Position numbers and translations under genes: made by a program. A DNA stretch of 64,000 bases from Thecamonas trahens ATCC 50062 (Eukaryota; Protista; Apusomonadida): the NCBI RefSeq assembly GCF_000142905.1, contig NW_013657679.1, forward strand, positions 64,657 to 128,656, in the 5' to 3' direction. The notes beneath the pieces are model-generated. The model was not told the origin of the DNA. It did not search any database and saw only the letters and a program-made list of their open reading frames with translations. This document shows positions 10,001 to 19,673 of the stretch, one piece after another (the first letter of the stretch is position 1; each line of letters starts with the position of its first letter).

Positions 10001-11453
10001 CGAGAGCAGCTTCGGGTGACGCCTGGGAAATGAGCTCGCCATCGGGAGTCTGCTGGATGACGAGCAGGTAGGAATTGGGCGGGAGGGACTCGAAGAGCAT
10101 GGCGAAAAAGGTTGGCAGCACGTCCTCCGGTGGAATCTCGGGCGGCTGGCCGCGCGCAAACGTAGCCGCGAGCGGCGGAAGTATGGCTTGCGACGAGCGC
10201 GAGTCGGGTTCGGGCGGCACCCACTTGTCGATGCCAAGGGCTACAAACTCAGTGTTGCGGGGCGAATCGCTCGAGGTGACCGAGTTGGGCGAGTGTCCAC
10301 TGGACTCGCCAGGCATCGCCATCACATCGATAGCCAGCTGACTCGCAGAGTCGGCGGTGCCGGCGGCGTCGACATCGCTGGCGCTTCCGCACTTGGAGCT
10401 GGTGCCCGAACCAGCACTACTCTTGCCCTTGGTTGTTGAGACTCCCGAGTCAAGCGAGCCCATCGAGGAGCTCGTTGACCGCGACGTCGACAATGGCTGC
10501 GACGGTCTACCGCCATCCAAGCTTGCTTCTTCCGAGGTATCCGGGAGGCTGGAGAGGCGGAAACGTTTGAAAGAAAGGTCGTGCTTGCTCGACGACGGCG
10601 AGGTCATGAATGACCGGGAGTGCGGCAGAAGGCTCGACTCGCGGAGCGACGATGTACGCGACCGTTGCTGCTTGGGACTGATGCATCCAGCCATGACGGC
10701 CTCGGACATGGATCGCTTTGGCGACGAGAAGCGGCTGTTAAAGCCGCGACGCTTGAGTGAGATGGAGACGCCGAGCGGTGACGCGGGGTTGGGTGGCTCG
10801 CGGTATGCACTCTGGTAGTCGAGTAAATCGGCCGATTCGCCGCCGAGCGAGCTGGCCGATTCGTCGGTGAGCAGCGACGGACTCGGGGCGAGCTTGCGAG
10901 CAGAGAGGACCGAGGTGTGTTGCCTGCGCATGAGGTGGCTCTTGATCGAGTGCTTGACTGGCGAGCGCATGGCAAAGTCGGTCATGGACGCACGAATGAT
11001 TGAGGCCTCGAAGAGCGAGTCTGCTGAGGGCAATGACGACGAGCGCGGGCGCGGCAGACGAGTTGCCGACCGCAGGTTGTGCAGCTTGGAGGCAGTCGAG
11101 TTGAGCGACGTGATGGGAGGGAGAGGCGGAGGCTCAGCGCCGCCGACTTCCTCGCTGGTCAGGAGCCGCAGAACAGCTGTAGCTACCAGGACATTAGTCT
11201 CGTTGAGCCAACCCGACGAAGTCTCGCAGGCAACCCACTTGGAAAACCCGACAAGGATCCAAACGTGGGCCGGAGGAAAAGCGGTCGAGTCTGGTGAGGG
11301 CGTGACCGACAACGCGAGCGGTGACGAGTCGAGCGGGACTACCAACGAGGAGAGCGGGAACTGAGCAAGCTGCGCCGCTAGCAAAGGTGTCCCATAACCT
11401 GCAAACTCTAGAAACGGTTCATTGCCGTACTTGACCGTCCGCGTGTCTGTCAT
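7014..11453 (-). CDS. Hybrid sensor histidine kinase (PAS + HisKA + HATPase + receiver); start uncertain
   Basis: PAS 'VHPDD', H-box SHDIRTPLQG, N-box NLLTNAIKFT, G1 VRDTGCGM, G2 GSGIGL, receiver VEDN...FMDISMP...LTG...KP. The open frame extends to 11720 through a low-complexity tract; first plausible ATG is at 11453. Confidence 0.92.
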   Translation of the reverse strand: MTDTRTVKYGNEPFLEFAGYGTPLLAAQLAQFPLSSLVVPLDSSPLALSVTPSPDSTAFPPAHVWILVGFSKWVACETSSGWLNETNVLVATAVLRLLTSEEVGGAEPPPLPPITSLNSTASKLHNLRSATRLPRPRSSSLPSADSLFEASIIRASMTDFAMRSPVKHSIKSHLMRRQHTSVLSARKLAPSPSLLTDESASSLGGESADLLDYQSAYREPPNPASPLGVSISLKRRGFNSRFSSPKRSMSEAVMAGCISPKQQRSRTSSLRESSLLPHSRSFMTSPSSSKHDLSFKRFRLSSLPDTSEEASLDGGRPSQPLSTSRSTSSSMGSLDSGVSTTKGKSSAGSGTSSKCGSASDVDAAGTADSASQLAIDVMAMPGESSGHSPNSVTSSDSPRNTEFVALGIDKWVPPEPDSRSSQAILPPLAATFARGQPPEIPPEDVLPTFFAMLFESLPPNSYLLVIQQTPDGELISQASPEAALVLESDSLVGTDVWKSVHPDDLEFKDTMYAAAAAEGARPGSRFTCHARYRRFTNSGALVMIDATIFLVKTATSAAVMGVLEVDNTSALVSLANARRLTSLVGSLDLGVLLVSRPPPHELDPASILEVAILDATVCLTINSRMAEFLDLPLNIDLAPLAGTALSELGASLDFLSTLAPLLLAGESVHGREVAVRTSAENGGIVDDDSMDCGESRPVRYFRMDVVAIIDDEYLITYQDVTPEKQLLVETVRNFKLASERESDQIERQALQEFLRCTSHDIRTPLQGVTSAALLLHSNLLEYAPATDAWDGATSFRDSSPSDSSPTADSAPITMTSSDVRPNSTSPTSPEPRRRPSSVAGTLVPPDSVSPPTSPSKGRPTTSHSLNSHSSDGELRRNHSISSARSFGSKGPAGGDSNDSFRLDIADSLELVDIISASAQMVEMIISNVLDVEAIKHGGIDLELAPCALLSRLEALISVLRYSTSHKANVVLNVTLPEFIPPVVCDAPRLLRAVMNLLTNAIKFTEEGTVELEVRFMTASPADQGEISGTLSATIHFVVRDTGCGMSPAELARIGTLYAHKPIEEGGGSGIGLYNVVHSLAGMGSQLHITSEPDVGTTASFSIVCPLQLSAHTEGVEHLSPRSKSPGRNFPPIAILSQPSSHDHVANLAIPAPVASIISSPTKPAKLRVRTTNNPRARRKSISQLLSGESEPSRPLATSTPLQTVPEAVSPKKTSRTSSELAGSAPASSSADAAAASRPSTRSARPRNRDGPMHVLFVEDNVINRKVGKRLLEKMGHTVTVACDGGEAHDMLLTTETPTYDLVFMDISMPVMRGTEVTAKFRAWEKEALAADPSRPYTPIYALTGNVTEEDRAACYEAGCDGFLTKPCTPATLQRAFDEVRSALPIELLRRPGVPSTPTTPTSPISVSITPRHDVSGVPDLRIGGGSQSSVSVCISVEPGGTISASPSPRTLSVVSSDADSDESDFQSSSTDGSYSEECH

Positions 11454-12478
11454 CAACCAATGTGAGTTCTTGTCGTGCACTTCTGCCACCACTGTTCCGT
11501 GCCAGCTCGAGCGGCCGCCTTGTGCGAGCAGCCATCGCTCGGACGGTGACGAAGGGACGAAGGGGGGGGGGGATGATATGGGGGAACATAGAGGGAGAGG
11601 CAGGGAGGGGAGGGAGGGGGAGGGGATGGTCTGTGGGTATGATAGCGTGTGTGGGCACATCCTGCTTGACAAGGGGGGGGGAGGGGAGGGGAGGGGAGGA
11701 CAAGGGAGGGGAGGGGGCACATTGTTCGTACAAGTCCCGTTACGAACCGTGAATTATCAATGGAGTTTGACCAAGAGAGTACGATTGCGGGACAAAAGAA
11801 CAGAGCAAAAGGGTGCTTAATGGCGGGCAGCGGGACGGGAGTGGGGAGCGGGGGGAAGGGGAAGGGGGGAAGGCAGGAGAGAGATAGAGATAGAGGGAGA
11901 GGAAGGAGGGAAGAGGAGGAACGGAATACGATGGGAAGAAGAGGGAGGGAGGTAAGGAAAGGGGACCAAGTGGAAGGGAGGGAGCCGTCCATTCGGTTTC
12001 ATACGTACGGGCGTTGTGAATGAGGAGACGCAGCGACATGGGCCAAAACGTCCCCGGCCCGTGGCAGAGTGCGGTGCGGTGGAGCCGTGCGCCACCGGTG
12101 GAGTTTCAGCAAACAAACTATCGTGCCAAACCGTACCTTGTTGGATTGCAACCACGTCGAACAGCAGACTCACACTCACGCATACGCATGCATGATGTCA
12201 TGCACATCCTATGATACCTTAGGTGAATACATGATGGGTACCCGGGGATGGGATGGTGTGAGAGCTAACAGAGGTGAGCGGGAGAGTGAATGTGCAGAAC
12301 TATGAAAGTGATTCCAAGGACTTTGCAGGTGTAGGGTGCTGTGCAACGGGGCGTGACGTGGGCGTATAGAGCAGGGAGAAGGGGGTTTGATCGAGATCTC
12401 AGACATCTGATGCAATGATGAACGGTGAAGGAGATGCTCGAGGCTGACAGAGGCGGCGGGCGACTGAGACTGAGAGCA

Positions 12479-13021
12479 CTACTTCTTGCGCTTGGCGGGC
12501 GGCTCCATGTCCGACTCAGCGTCGAGGGGAGCCGAGCGCGCGGCGGGACCGGAGATAGAACCGGGCGAGTTGGCAGCTGGTGGGTCGTCGCGCTTGCGCT
12601 TACGCGAGGAGGAAAAGACGGCGTTGGCGGCGGCTCGCAGATCGGCGTCCTTACTCTCGTATCCGTCCTCAATCGAGTCAAGAACGTCGTCGATGAGATC
12701 CATGAGGGAAGAGACGGCCGCCGGGTGCGAGTCGATGGCATGTTGGACACGATCAGCTACGACGGCCTCAAGCGAGGCAGCCTTTGCAGCCGACATGGCA
12801 GCCGACATATAATGCGACTTTTTCTTGAGCCGGCTCTCTGGCGCCAAGTACAGCACATATGATCTCTGCACAGCCGCCAGCGTCTCTTCACCCACAGCGG
12901 TCGTCGCCGCCAAGGCCTCATCGGTCACAGCCTTGACCACCTCTGCCCACTTGGGGTTAGAGACAACACCTCGAACAGCCTGCGCTTCGCTACTTGCCTC
13001 CTGTCCCTTGCCTACGTTCAT
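12479..13021 (-). CDS. Hypothetical nuclear protein
   Basis: MNVGKGQE...; coding-like codon usage; NLS-like RKRKR and C-terminal PPAKRKK. Confidence 0.55.
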   Translation of the reverse strand: MNVGKGQEASSEAQAVRGVVSNPKWAEVVKAVTDEALAATTAVGEETLAAVQRSYVLYLAPESRLKKKSHYMSAAMSAAKAASLEAVVADRVQHAIDSHPAAVSSLMDLIDDVLDSIEDGYESKDADLRAAANAVFSSSRKRKRDDPPAANSPGSISGPAARSAPLDAESDMEPPAKRKK

Positions 13022-13177
13022 TGTACCAAGGGAGGAGAGAGGGGGGGAGGGCGAGAGGTGGGTGGCAATGTGGCCCACCGGGCGGGTGTGGTCGGGCTGA
13101 ATGGCATTGGCGAGGACGGCTGAGCGAGACAGACGGCGCAACGCGTCTCTCTGGCAGATCGAGTTGGGAAAGGGAGG

Positions 13178-13510
13178 ATGAAGGTGCGGTCGTCTGTCCG
13201 TCGAATCTGTGCAGCATGCCGTGTTGTCAAGCGGAAGAAGAAGGTGTTTGTGGTGTGCAAGTCGAACCCGCGTCATAAGCAGAGGCAAGGCTTTGCTACC
13301 ATGGCGTCCTCGTCTGCTTCTCCTGCTCGCTTCCCCTCGCGCCTCTCGGCAGACGCCTTTACCGGGAGCGTTCTGGCTGACTTGGAGGCCTCCATCCGCA
13401 TGGCAAAGTCCAAGAGCCTCTCTGCATCGACTGTCTTTGCTGGACGTACTGCTGCGGCTGGTACAACTGCTGCACAGCCCTCGCTCAACATCTTCCGGAG
13501 GTGGCTCTGA
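13178..13510 (+). CDS. MRPL36: Mitochondrial ribosomal protein bL36m with C-terminal extension
   Basis: [38 protein letters not shown] is a canonical L36 CCCH zinc ribbon. Confidence 0.93.
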   Translation: MKVRSSVRRICAACRVVKRKKKVFVVCKSNPRHKQRQGFATMASSSASPARFPSRLSADAFTGSVLADLEASIRMAKSKSLSASTVFAGRTAAAGTTAAQPSLNIFRRWL

Positions 13511-13690
13511 CTGGAGCCGGGGATGAACTCCCGCTCGTCGGCCTTTCCCGTCGTCCGCGTTCGGCGGGTGAACGCAAGCGAGCCAAACGCAAACGCAAAC
13601 ACACACACAAACACACACACACACGCACACACATACGCATCGGTATTCTAGATTTACATGTATAGAGGTGGTGAAGGGGATGGTGCGCGG

Positions 13691-15115
13691 CTACTCAAAG
13701 TCGGTGCCGGCAGGATGGATGTCGTCGGGCTCGCCGACCTCGGTCGAGCCCGAGCCCGAGTCGGAGTCGTTGTCCGAGTCGGCGTCCGAGTCGGAGAGCG
13801 AGAGGGCGAGGACTGGGCGGCCGTCATCGGCCACAATCACGCCGTCTGGTGTCTCGGAGGATTTGGGGGCAGTAGTCGCTGTCGTGGCGGCGGCGGCGGC
13901 GTCTGCTTCGGCCTTGGCAGCGGCGGCAGCATCAGCCTCGGCCTTGGCAGCGGCGGCAGCATCAGCCTCGGCCTTGGCGGCGGCAGCGGCGTCTGCTTCG
14001 GCCTTGGCAGCGGCGGCGTCTGCTTCGGCCTTGGCTGCGGCGGCGTCTGCTTCGGCCTTGGCAGCGGCGGCGTCTGCCTCGGCCTTGGCGGCGGCAGCAG
14101 CATCGGCCTCGGCCTTGGCGGCGGCAGCAGCATCGGCCTCGGCCTTGGCGGCGGCAGCAGCATCAGCCTCGGCCTTGGCAGCGGCAGCAGCATCGGCCTC
14201 GGCCTTGGCAGCGGCAGCAGCATCGGCCTCGGCCTTGGCGGTGGCAGCAGCGGAGGTGTCATTACCATCGCCACTTTCCTCATCCAACATGCTCTCGGCC
14301 TCTCTCCGCGCAGCGTCTACCTCGGTCGCGGCCGCCGTCTCGGGAGTAGGCGCTGCTGCCGCAGACGACGACGTTGCAACAGATGGCACGTCCTTCGATC
14401 CGCACTCTGCAGAACAAAAGACAAACTCGTCTCGGACCAGGTAAGCATCGCCGTCCTCGTACACCTTGCCGCACACACTGCACGAGAAGCACTCGACGTG
14501 GAACTTGCGCCCCAGCGACTCGAGCGAGACGCCCACAATCGGCTGCTCGCACTTTGCGCACCGCGGCGCATACTTCTCGGTGTAATGCGGGACGCAGAAA
14601 ATCGAGCCGTCCTTGAACTTGAACGCAGACGCAACCGGGACCTGGCAGACCGAGCACACAAAGCAATCGTTATGGTACATGTTGTTCAGCGCCGTAACCA
14701 CCGTCGATCCCGGCGGAAAAGTCTCTGAGCACACTGCGCAAGTCTTCTTCGACACATCCTGGACCAGTCCGTTCGAGCACGCCACACACACCACCTTGCC
14801 GTCCTTCTGCGTCAGCGGCGTCCCGTCCGACAGCGAGCACTGGCACTCACTGCACACCAGGCATTGGCTGTGATACTTGTTGCCCAACGCCAGAAACGCC
14901 CTGTCGCCAACCGTCCATAGCATGTGAGTTCTCACACCTGTCGATCCACCGCCAGCGTCCCGATCACAACATCCGCCGCCACGGCCCGGTGGCGACTGTG
15001 GCCGCAACAGTACGACACCCACACCATGGCGCGGCTCTCCAACGAGTTTGCCAGCCAGCCAGCCAGCCAGTCAGCCAGCCAGCCACACACAAACACACAC
15101 ACACACACACACACA

Positions 15116-15153
<38 letters not shown>

Positions 15154-15586
15154 AAAACACACAGACACACACGAAAAGTCTTGATATGCATCTGCTCTAC
15201 GTGGTGGCAGTGTCCGAATGATACATGCGGTGGAGGGTTGCGAACAAATGGCCGACCAACGAGACGGACGACAGGTGGGCAGGCCAGCATAAGGAGGGAG
15301 GGAGGGAGGGAGGGAGGGAGGGAGGGGGAGAGAGAGTCGAGGTGAGAGGAGCGAGGGTTACGTACTTGTCGGTAATGGGCTCGGTACATGCGGTACACTT
15401 GTCACGGAAGCGGTCCGAGTAGTCGGTGGAGCAAAACAAGGCGCCTTCCTTCTCAAAGTACTCGGTGGCCACGTTGGTCGAGCATACAGAGCATGTGAAG
15501 CACTCATAGTGAAAGAGTCCAAGTCCACAACGAAGCACTTTCCCAGAAAGTGCAAGGGAACACTGCACACATGTTGCGTTCTCCAT
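13691..15586 (-). CDS. Four-LIM-domain protein with Ala/Lys/Glu/Asp repeat tail; exons 15586-15366 and 14900-13691
   Basis: GT-AG intron 15365-14901 restores LIM2 (CTACTEPITDK/AFLALGNKYHSQCLVCSEC); four complete CxxC...HxxCxxCxxC...Cxx(C/H/D) motifs. Confidence 0.88.
13885..14240 (-). repeat. Coding tandem repeat, 27-30-bp unit encoding AKAEADAAA(A), about 12 copies
   Basis: Visible in DNA and in the translation. Confidence 0.95.
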
Positions 15587-16161
15587 AGCTTGCACCCCCT
15601 TTCCAAGTCGCAGACAAGTGTACTGTCGTCATGGGCCGCACCGCCGCCCGTCCTCCCAGTGTGCCAAGCGTGTCCGTGACCGCCACCGACTACATCGCCA
15701 GCCACATGCCCGCACGCGCCGCCGGCGGCTTGTGTTGGAGGGCTATTTTTTTATGCGCCTGCGCCCCATATCCCCACATCCATCGAAAACCAGCAGATGG
15801 TGGTCTTCGAGCGTGTATTGCTTGCAATGATTCGCTTGGCTATGTCATCGCCAGGCCGCGTAGAGGAAGCGCATCAGACGCCTGTTGGCCACTTACCAAC
15901 CGCCCCTATGTACAGGTACTCCACGTCGTCCTCTTCACCTCAACACCCCACCCATACACGCGTACGCCCATACGCTCATACACACAACTCCAACACCCAT
16001 ACTGTACGCGCGCAATGCACCCGCCCCTCCTCCCCTCACCTCCCCCTGCCTTTCCACCGCAGGCATCAAACTGCGACCTTTTTTTGGACACGGCAACAAT
16101 GGCGACATCCCCGTTGTCAGGGCGAGGACTCACGGGGAGAGTGTGGTTGGAGGAACAGATC

Positions 16162-16935
16162 ATGTCGGGCCATGCCATCACTGATTCAGCGTCCGAGTGG
16201 GAGGCTGCACGGAAGGAGCTGCTGGCGGCGGAGAAGGAGGCGACGGCGGCGCTTGCCAAAGTTGCCGAGCAGCGGCGCGCACTGCCGTGGCTCCGTGTTC
16301 GGCCATCGGGCAAGGGCTCGGCTGATACCGAGAACGATTATGTGTTCCAGACGGCCGAGTCCGGCACAGATGTGACGCTCAAGCAGATGGCAGCCACTAC
16401 GCCGACGGGATCGCTCCTGATCTACCACCTCATGTTCGACGCCGACTGGGAGAAGCCGTGCAGCTCGTGCTCGATGTGGATTGACTGTCTCAACGGCATC
16501 TACCCGCATCTCCTGCAAAAGACTGCCGTGGTCGCTGTCGCTGTTGCGCCGCCGGACAAACTGCGCGCTTTGGCCGAGGCCAAGGGCTGGTCCATTCCGC
16601 TTGTCTCGTCGCTCAACTCTGCGTTCTCTTGCGACTTTGGCGTCCGCTTCACCCCCGAGCAGGTCGCCGACGGTGCGCTGGCCTACAACTACGGGCGCAA
16701 GGCGTTTGTCTCGGTCATGCCGGGCTTTTCAGTCTTCCAACTCGAGCCAGCCGACGATGACGGCGAGATCTTCCACACCTACTCTGCATACGCCCGTGGC
16801 CTTGAGCCACTCAACGCCGTCTGGGGCGTGCTTGACTCGCTCCCCTTTGGCCGCAACGAGGCCAAGGGTATGGATTGGACCAAGCACAAGAGTGAGTACG
16901 ACGTCGTTACTATCGAGTCGGCCAAGCTGTCGTGA
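16162..16935 (+). CDS. DUF899 thioredoxin-like protein (bacterial type); alternative start at 16099
   Basis: EWEAARKELLAAEKE, RRALPW, LLIYHLMF, PCSSC, GWSIPLVSS...DFGV, IFHTYSAYARG, LDSLPFGRNE. Confidence 0.88.
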   Translation: MSGHAITDSASEWEAARKELLAAEKEATAALAKVAEQRRALPWLRVRPSGKGSADTENDYVFQTAESGTDVTLKQMAATTPTGSLLIYHLMFDADWEKPCSSCSMWIDCLNGIYPHLLQKTAVVAVAVAPPDKLRALAEAKGWSIPLVSSLNSAFSCDFGVRFTPEQVADGALAYNYGRKAFVSVMPGFSVFQLEPADDDGEIFHTYSAYARGLEPLNAVWGVLDSLPFGRNEAKGMDWTKHKSEYDVVTIESAKLS

Positions 16936-17287
16936 TGGATGTCACCTGCTCCAGGAATCGCCGCCCTCGTCCGCCCGCTCACGCCCACCCGCCCACCGCC
17001 CGCCCTTGCCCGCTCGCGCCAACTCGCCCTCGCCCTCGCCCGCTCACCGCGCCCACTCACCCTCCCTCTCACACACAACAACACCGCACTCACCACAGCA
17101 CACGCACACACACTCTCACACACACTATCTCTCTCCTATACACTCATACACACTTTTCCCTCGCACCCTCACTCAACACTGTCCTCCTTCCAACTATGGT
17201 CGCCAAGGTATGCCCCTCCCGACCCCCCCCCCACCCCACCCACCCACCACCACCACCACCACCACCACCACCACCACCACCACCACT

Positions 17288-17500
17288 ATGGCGCGGGTCC
17301 TCCTCGACTGGATCCCGTTCAACGAGATTCGGCATGTCAAGCTTGTGGGACAGGGCTCGTTTGGCAAGGTGTTCCGTGCAGAGTGGCATGGTAATGATGT
17401 GGCTATCAAGATTCCCCGGTCACGGAGAGACCAAGAGGATCTGTTTCGAGAACTGCAGCTGCTGATGGACATCAATCATCGGAATGTCATCACCATTCAT
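17288..17500 (+). CDS. TKL protein kinase, N-lobe fragment cut by an assembly gap
   Basis: VGQGSFGKVFRAEWHGNDVAIK...FRELQLLMDINHRNVI followed by Ns. Confidence 0.85.
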
Positions 17501-17600
17501 NNNNNNNNNNNNNNNNNNNNNNNNNNNNNNNNNNNNNNNNNNNNNNNNNNNNNNNNNNNNNNNNNNNNNNNNNNNNNNNNNNNNNNNNNNNNNNNNNNNN
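17501..17600. other. Assembly gap (100 N)
   Basis: N run. Confidence 1.
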
Positions 17601-17697
17601 CCCCCCCCCCCCCCCAAGCCACCCACCCACCACCACCCACCACCACCACCACCAACACCATCTCACCCCCCCCCCCTCCTCCTCCTCCTCCTTGTAG

Positions 17698-19527
17698 AGA
17701 AAGCGAGAGTCCGAAGACACCGGCGCTGCGAGTGCTGGTCCAGAGAAAAAGGCCAAGCCTGTGACGCCCGCCAAGTCGCCGTCCAAGACCGCCTCCTCTG
17801 CCACCGCCACTACCATCGCCGCTACGACCGCATCCACAGCATCCACGGCAAGCGCGGCAAGCACGGGTCCCTCTGTCGTAGGCCCGCCAGCTGCATCGGT
17901 CATCGCAACTGTCCAAGACTCGGCGAGCAAGGGCAATAGCAAGGGCAATAGCAAGAGCTCGGCGAGCAAGAAGAGCAAGAGCTCAGCAAGCAAGAAGAAG
18001 AAGCGGGCTGTGACGCCGCCAGTGGTGCTGGAGGACATCTCGCCGTCGCAGCTGCATGAGCTTGGAGTCAGCGGGGTGTACGAGGCGGAGAAGGGTCTGG
18101 ATCGGACTAAGCTGGCCGAGCTTGCGGCCCGGGCGCCAAACTTGTACCACGCACCGCCGCGGAGCATGGGTCCGATCAACGCCAAAGCGCCGCTGACGGT
18201 TCAGGCTGGGGCGACTTCGATGGGTGCTGTGTACGCCATCGATGTCTCGCCGTCGGGCGCGCTGCTAGCGGCGACGTCGGTCCTCGGCTCGGTCTCGTTG
18301 TGGGACATGGAAGATCTGACGCAGCTGCGGGTGCTCCGCGACGAGTCCGAGACGCAGATCGACGAGTTCTGGGTTGCTCGCTTCACGCCGGACGGCCGCA
18401 AGGTCATTGTTGCCGGCAAGCTCAAGAACCGCGCGCTCTGGTCCGAGGCCGACAATGACAACGCCGTCCTGCCGTGCCCCATCAAGATCTTTGACGTCCT
18501 CACCGGCGAGCTTGTGGCTCGCCTCGAAGGCCACACCGAAGAAGTGGTGGCGCTGAAGGTGGCCACCTTTTGCGGCTCCAACTACATTGTCTCGTGCTCG
18601 CAGGACGGGTCAACTCGCCGGTGGCGCATGTCGCCCGACTGGACGATCCTCATCGAGGCCGCCAAGTTCTGCGACAACGTCACGTGCATGTCGTTTACGG
18701 CCTCGTTTGTGCCGCACACTGGCAACGCCATTCTCGCCGTCGCTGCTGACGACGGCATTGTCTTTTTCGACTTTGGTTCGCTCGCCCTCATCCAGCGCGT
18801 CACGGGCCTGTTTGGCTCGTACTGCGACTGCATCAAGTTTGTGGACTCGCCCAAGCTGCCAGCCACCCACCCGCGCAAGACCGCCCACCTCATTGCTCGC
18901 GGCTGCGAGATGCTCGACGCCGAGGAGTGCACTGTTGCCTCCAAGGCCTCCAAGGTCGTCCTCTACCGCGTTAGCTTCGTCTTGCCGCCGGCCCCGGCCC
19001 CGGCCACCAACTTTGAGCTCATCTCGGTCAAGGAGTACGCCCATCCCGAGTACAACGCAAACTCGTACCTCATGCGCGCCACCGCCGACGCCAACTACGT
19101 TTATGCACCGTCGGTCAATGGCGAGGTCTTTATCTGGGGCATCAAGTCGGCTAAGCTCGTTGCCGTCCTCCGCGACCACGAGGAGCGCGAGGTCCGCGAC
19201 ATTGTCGTCCACCCGCACGCTCCGCTCCTCCTCACTTCGGGCGACGACGGCAAAATCTACGTCTACCGCCCTGCCAATCCCGACGAGGTAGCCTCCATCA
19301 TCCGTGCCTCGCGCTCCAAGGCCCGCAAAGGCTCCAAGACATCGCGCTCCAAGACCTCCCGCGCCAAGACCTCGCGCGCCAAAAAGGTGTCGGCCACGTC
19401 GGCCGCTTCGGCCGCGTCGGCGGCATCATCATCATCATCGTCGTCTGCCGCCGCCAAATCCGCCGCCGCCCCCCACCCGCCGCCCACCACTCCGATGGAC
19501 ATCGCTGCCCCTCCCGCCGATTCCTAG
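17698..19527 (+). CDS. WD40-repeat protein, 5' partial (last exon)
   Basis: Acceptor ttgtag at 17692-17697, then an open frame; LEGHTEEV...VSCSQDGSTRRW, LRDHEEREVRDIVVHP..LLLTSGDDGKIYVY. Confidence 0.85.
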   Translation, partial: RKRESEDTGAASAGPEKKAKPVTPAKSPSKTASSATATTIAATTASTASTASAASTGPSVVGPPAASVIATVQDSASKGNSKGNSKSSASKKSKSSASKKKKRAVTPPVVLEDISPSQLHELGVSGVYEAEKGLDRTKLAELAARAPNLYHAPPRSMGPINAKAPLTVQAGATSMGAVYAIDVSPSGALLAATSVLGSVSLWDMEDLTQLRVLRDESETQIDEFWVARFTPDGRKVIVAGKLKNRALWSEADNDNAVLPCPIKIFDVLTGELVARLEGHTEEVVALKVATFCGSNYIVSCSQDGSTRRWRMSPDWTILIEAAKFCDNVTCMSFTASFVPHTGNAILAVAADDGIVFFDFGSLALIQRVTGLFGSYCDCIKFVDSPKLPATHPRKTAHLIARGCEMLDAEECTVASKASKVVLYRVSFVLPPAPAPATNFELISVKEYAHPEYNANSYLMRATADANYVYAPSVNGEVFIWGIKSAKLVAVLRDHEEREVRDIVVHPHAPLLLTSGDDGKIYVYRPANPDEVASIIRASRSKARKGSKTSRSKTSRAKTSRAKKVSATSAASAASAASSSSSSSAAAKSAAAPHPPPTTPMDIAAPPADS

Positions 19528-19673
19528 CGCCGCTCCCCTCCCCCCCCCTCTCCGCCACACACACCCCATCATACATCCGCCCATCCGCCCCCCACCCCAC
19601 CCCACCCCAATGAGTCGTCGGACAGCCAACCATCCCTGCCGTGCCCGGCCGGTGGAGGCCCACTCAACTCACC

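Noticed and set aside
12411-12478. Possible C/D snoRNA (AATGATGA ... CTGA)
   Set aside because: Terminal stem is only about 3 bp, no rRNA guide is recognisable, and such motifs are common by chance
16481-19527. Kinase-WD40 fusion across the gap
   Set aside because: The 100-N gap has unknown true size and must hide most of the kinase; linkage cannot be inferred
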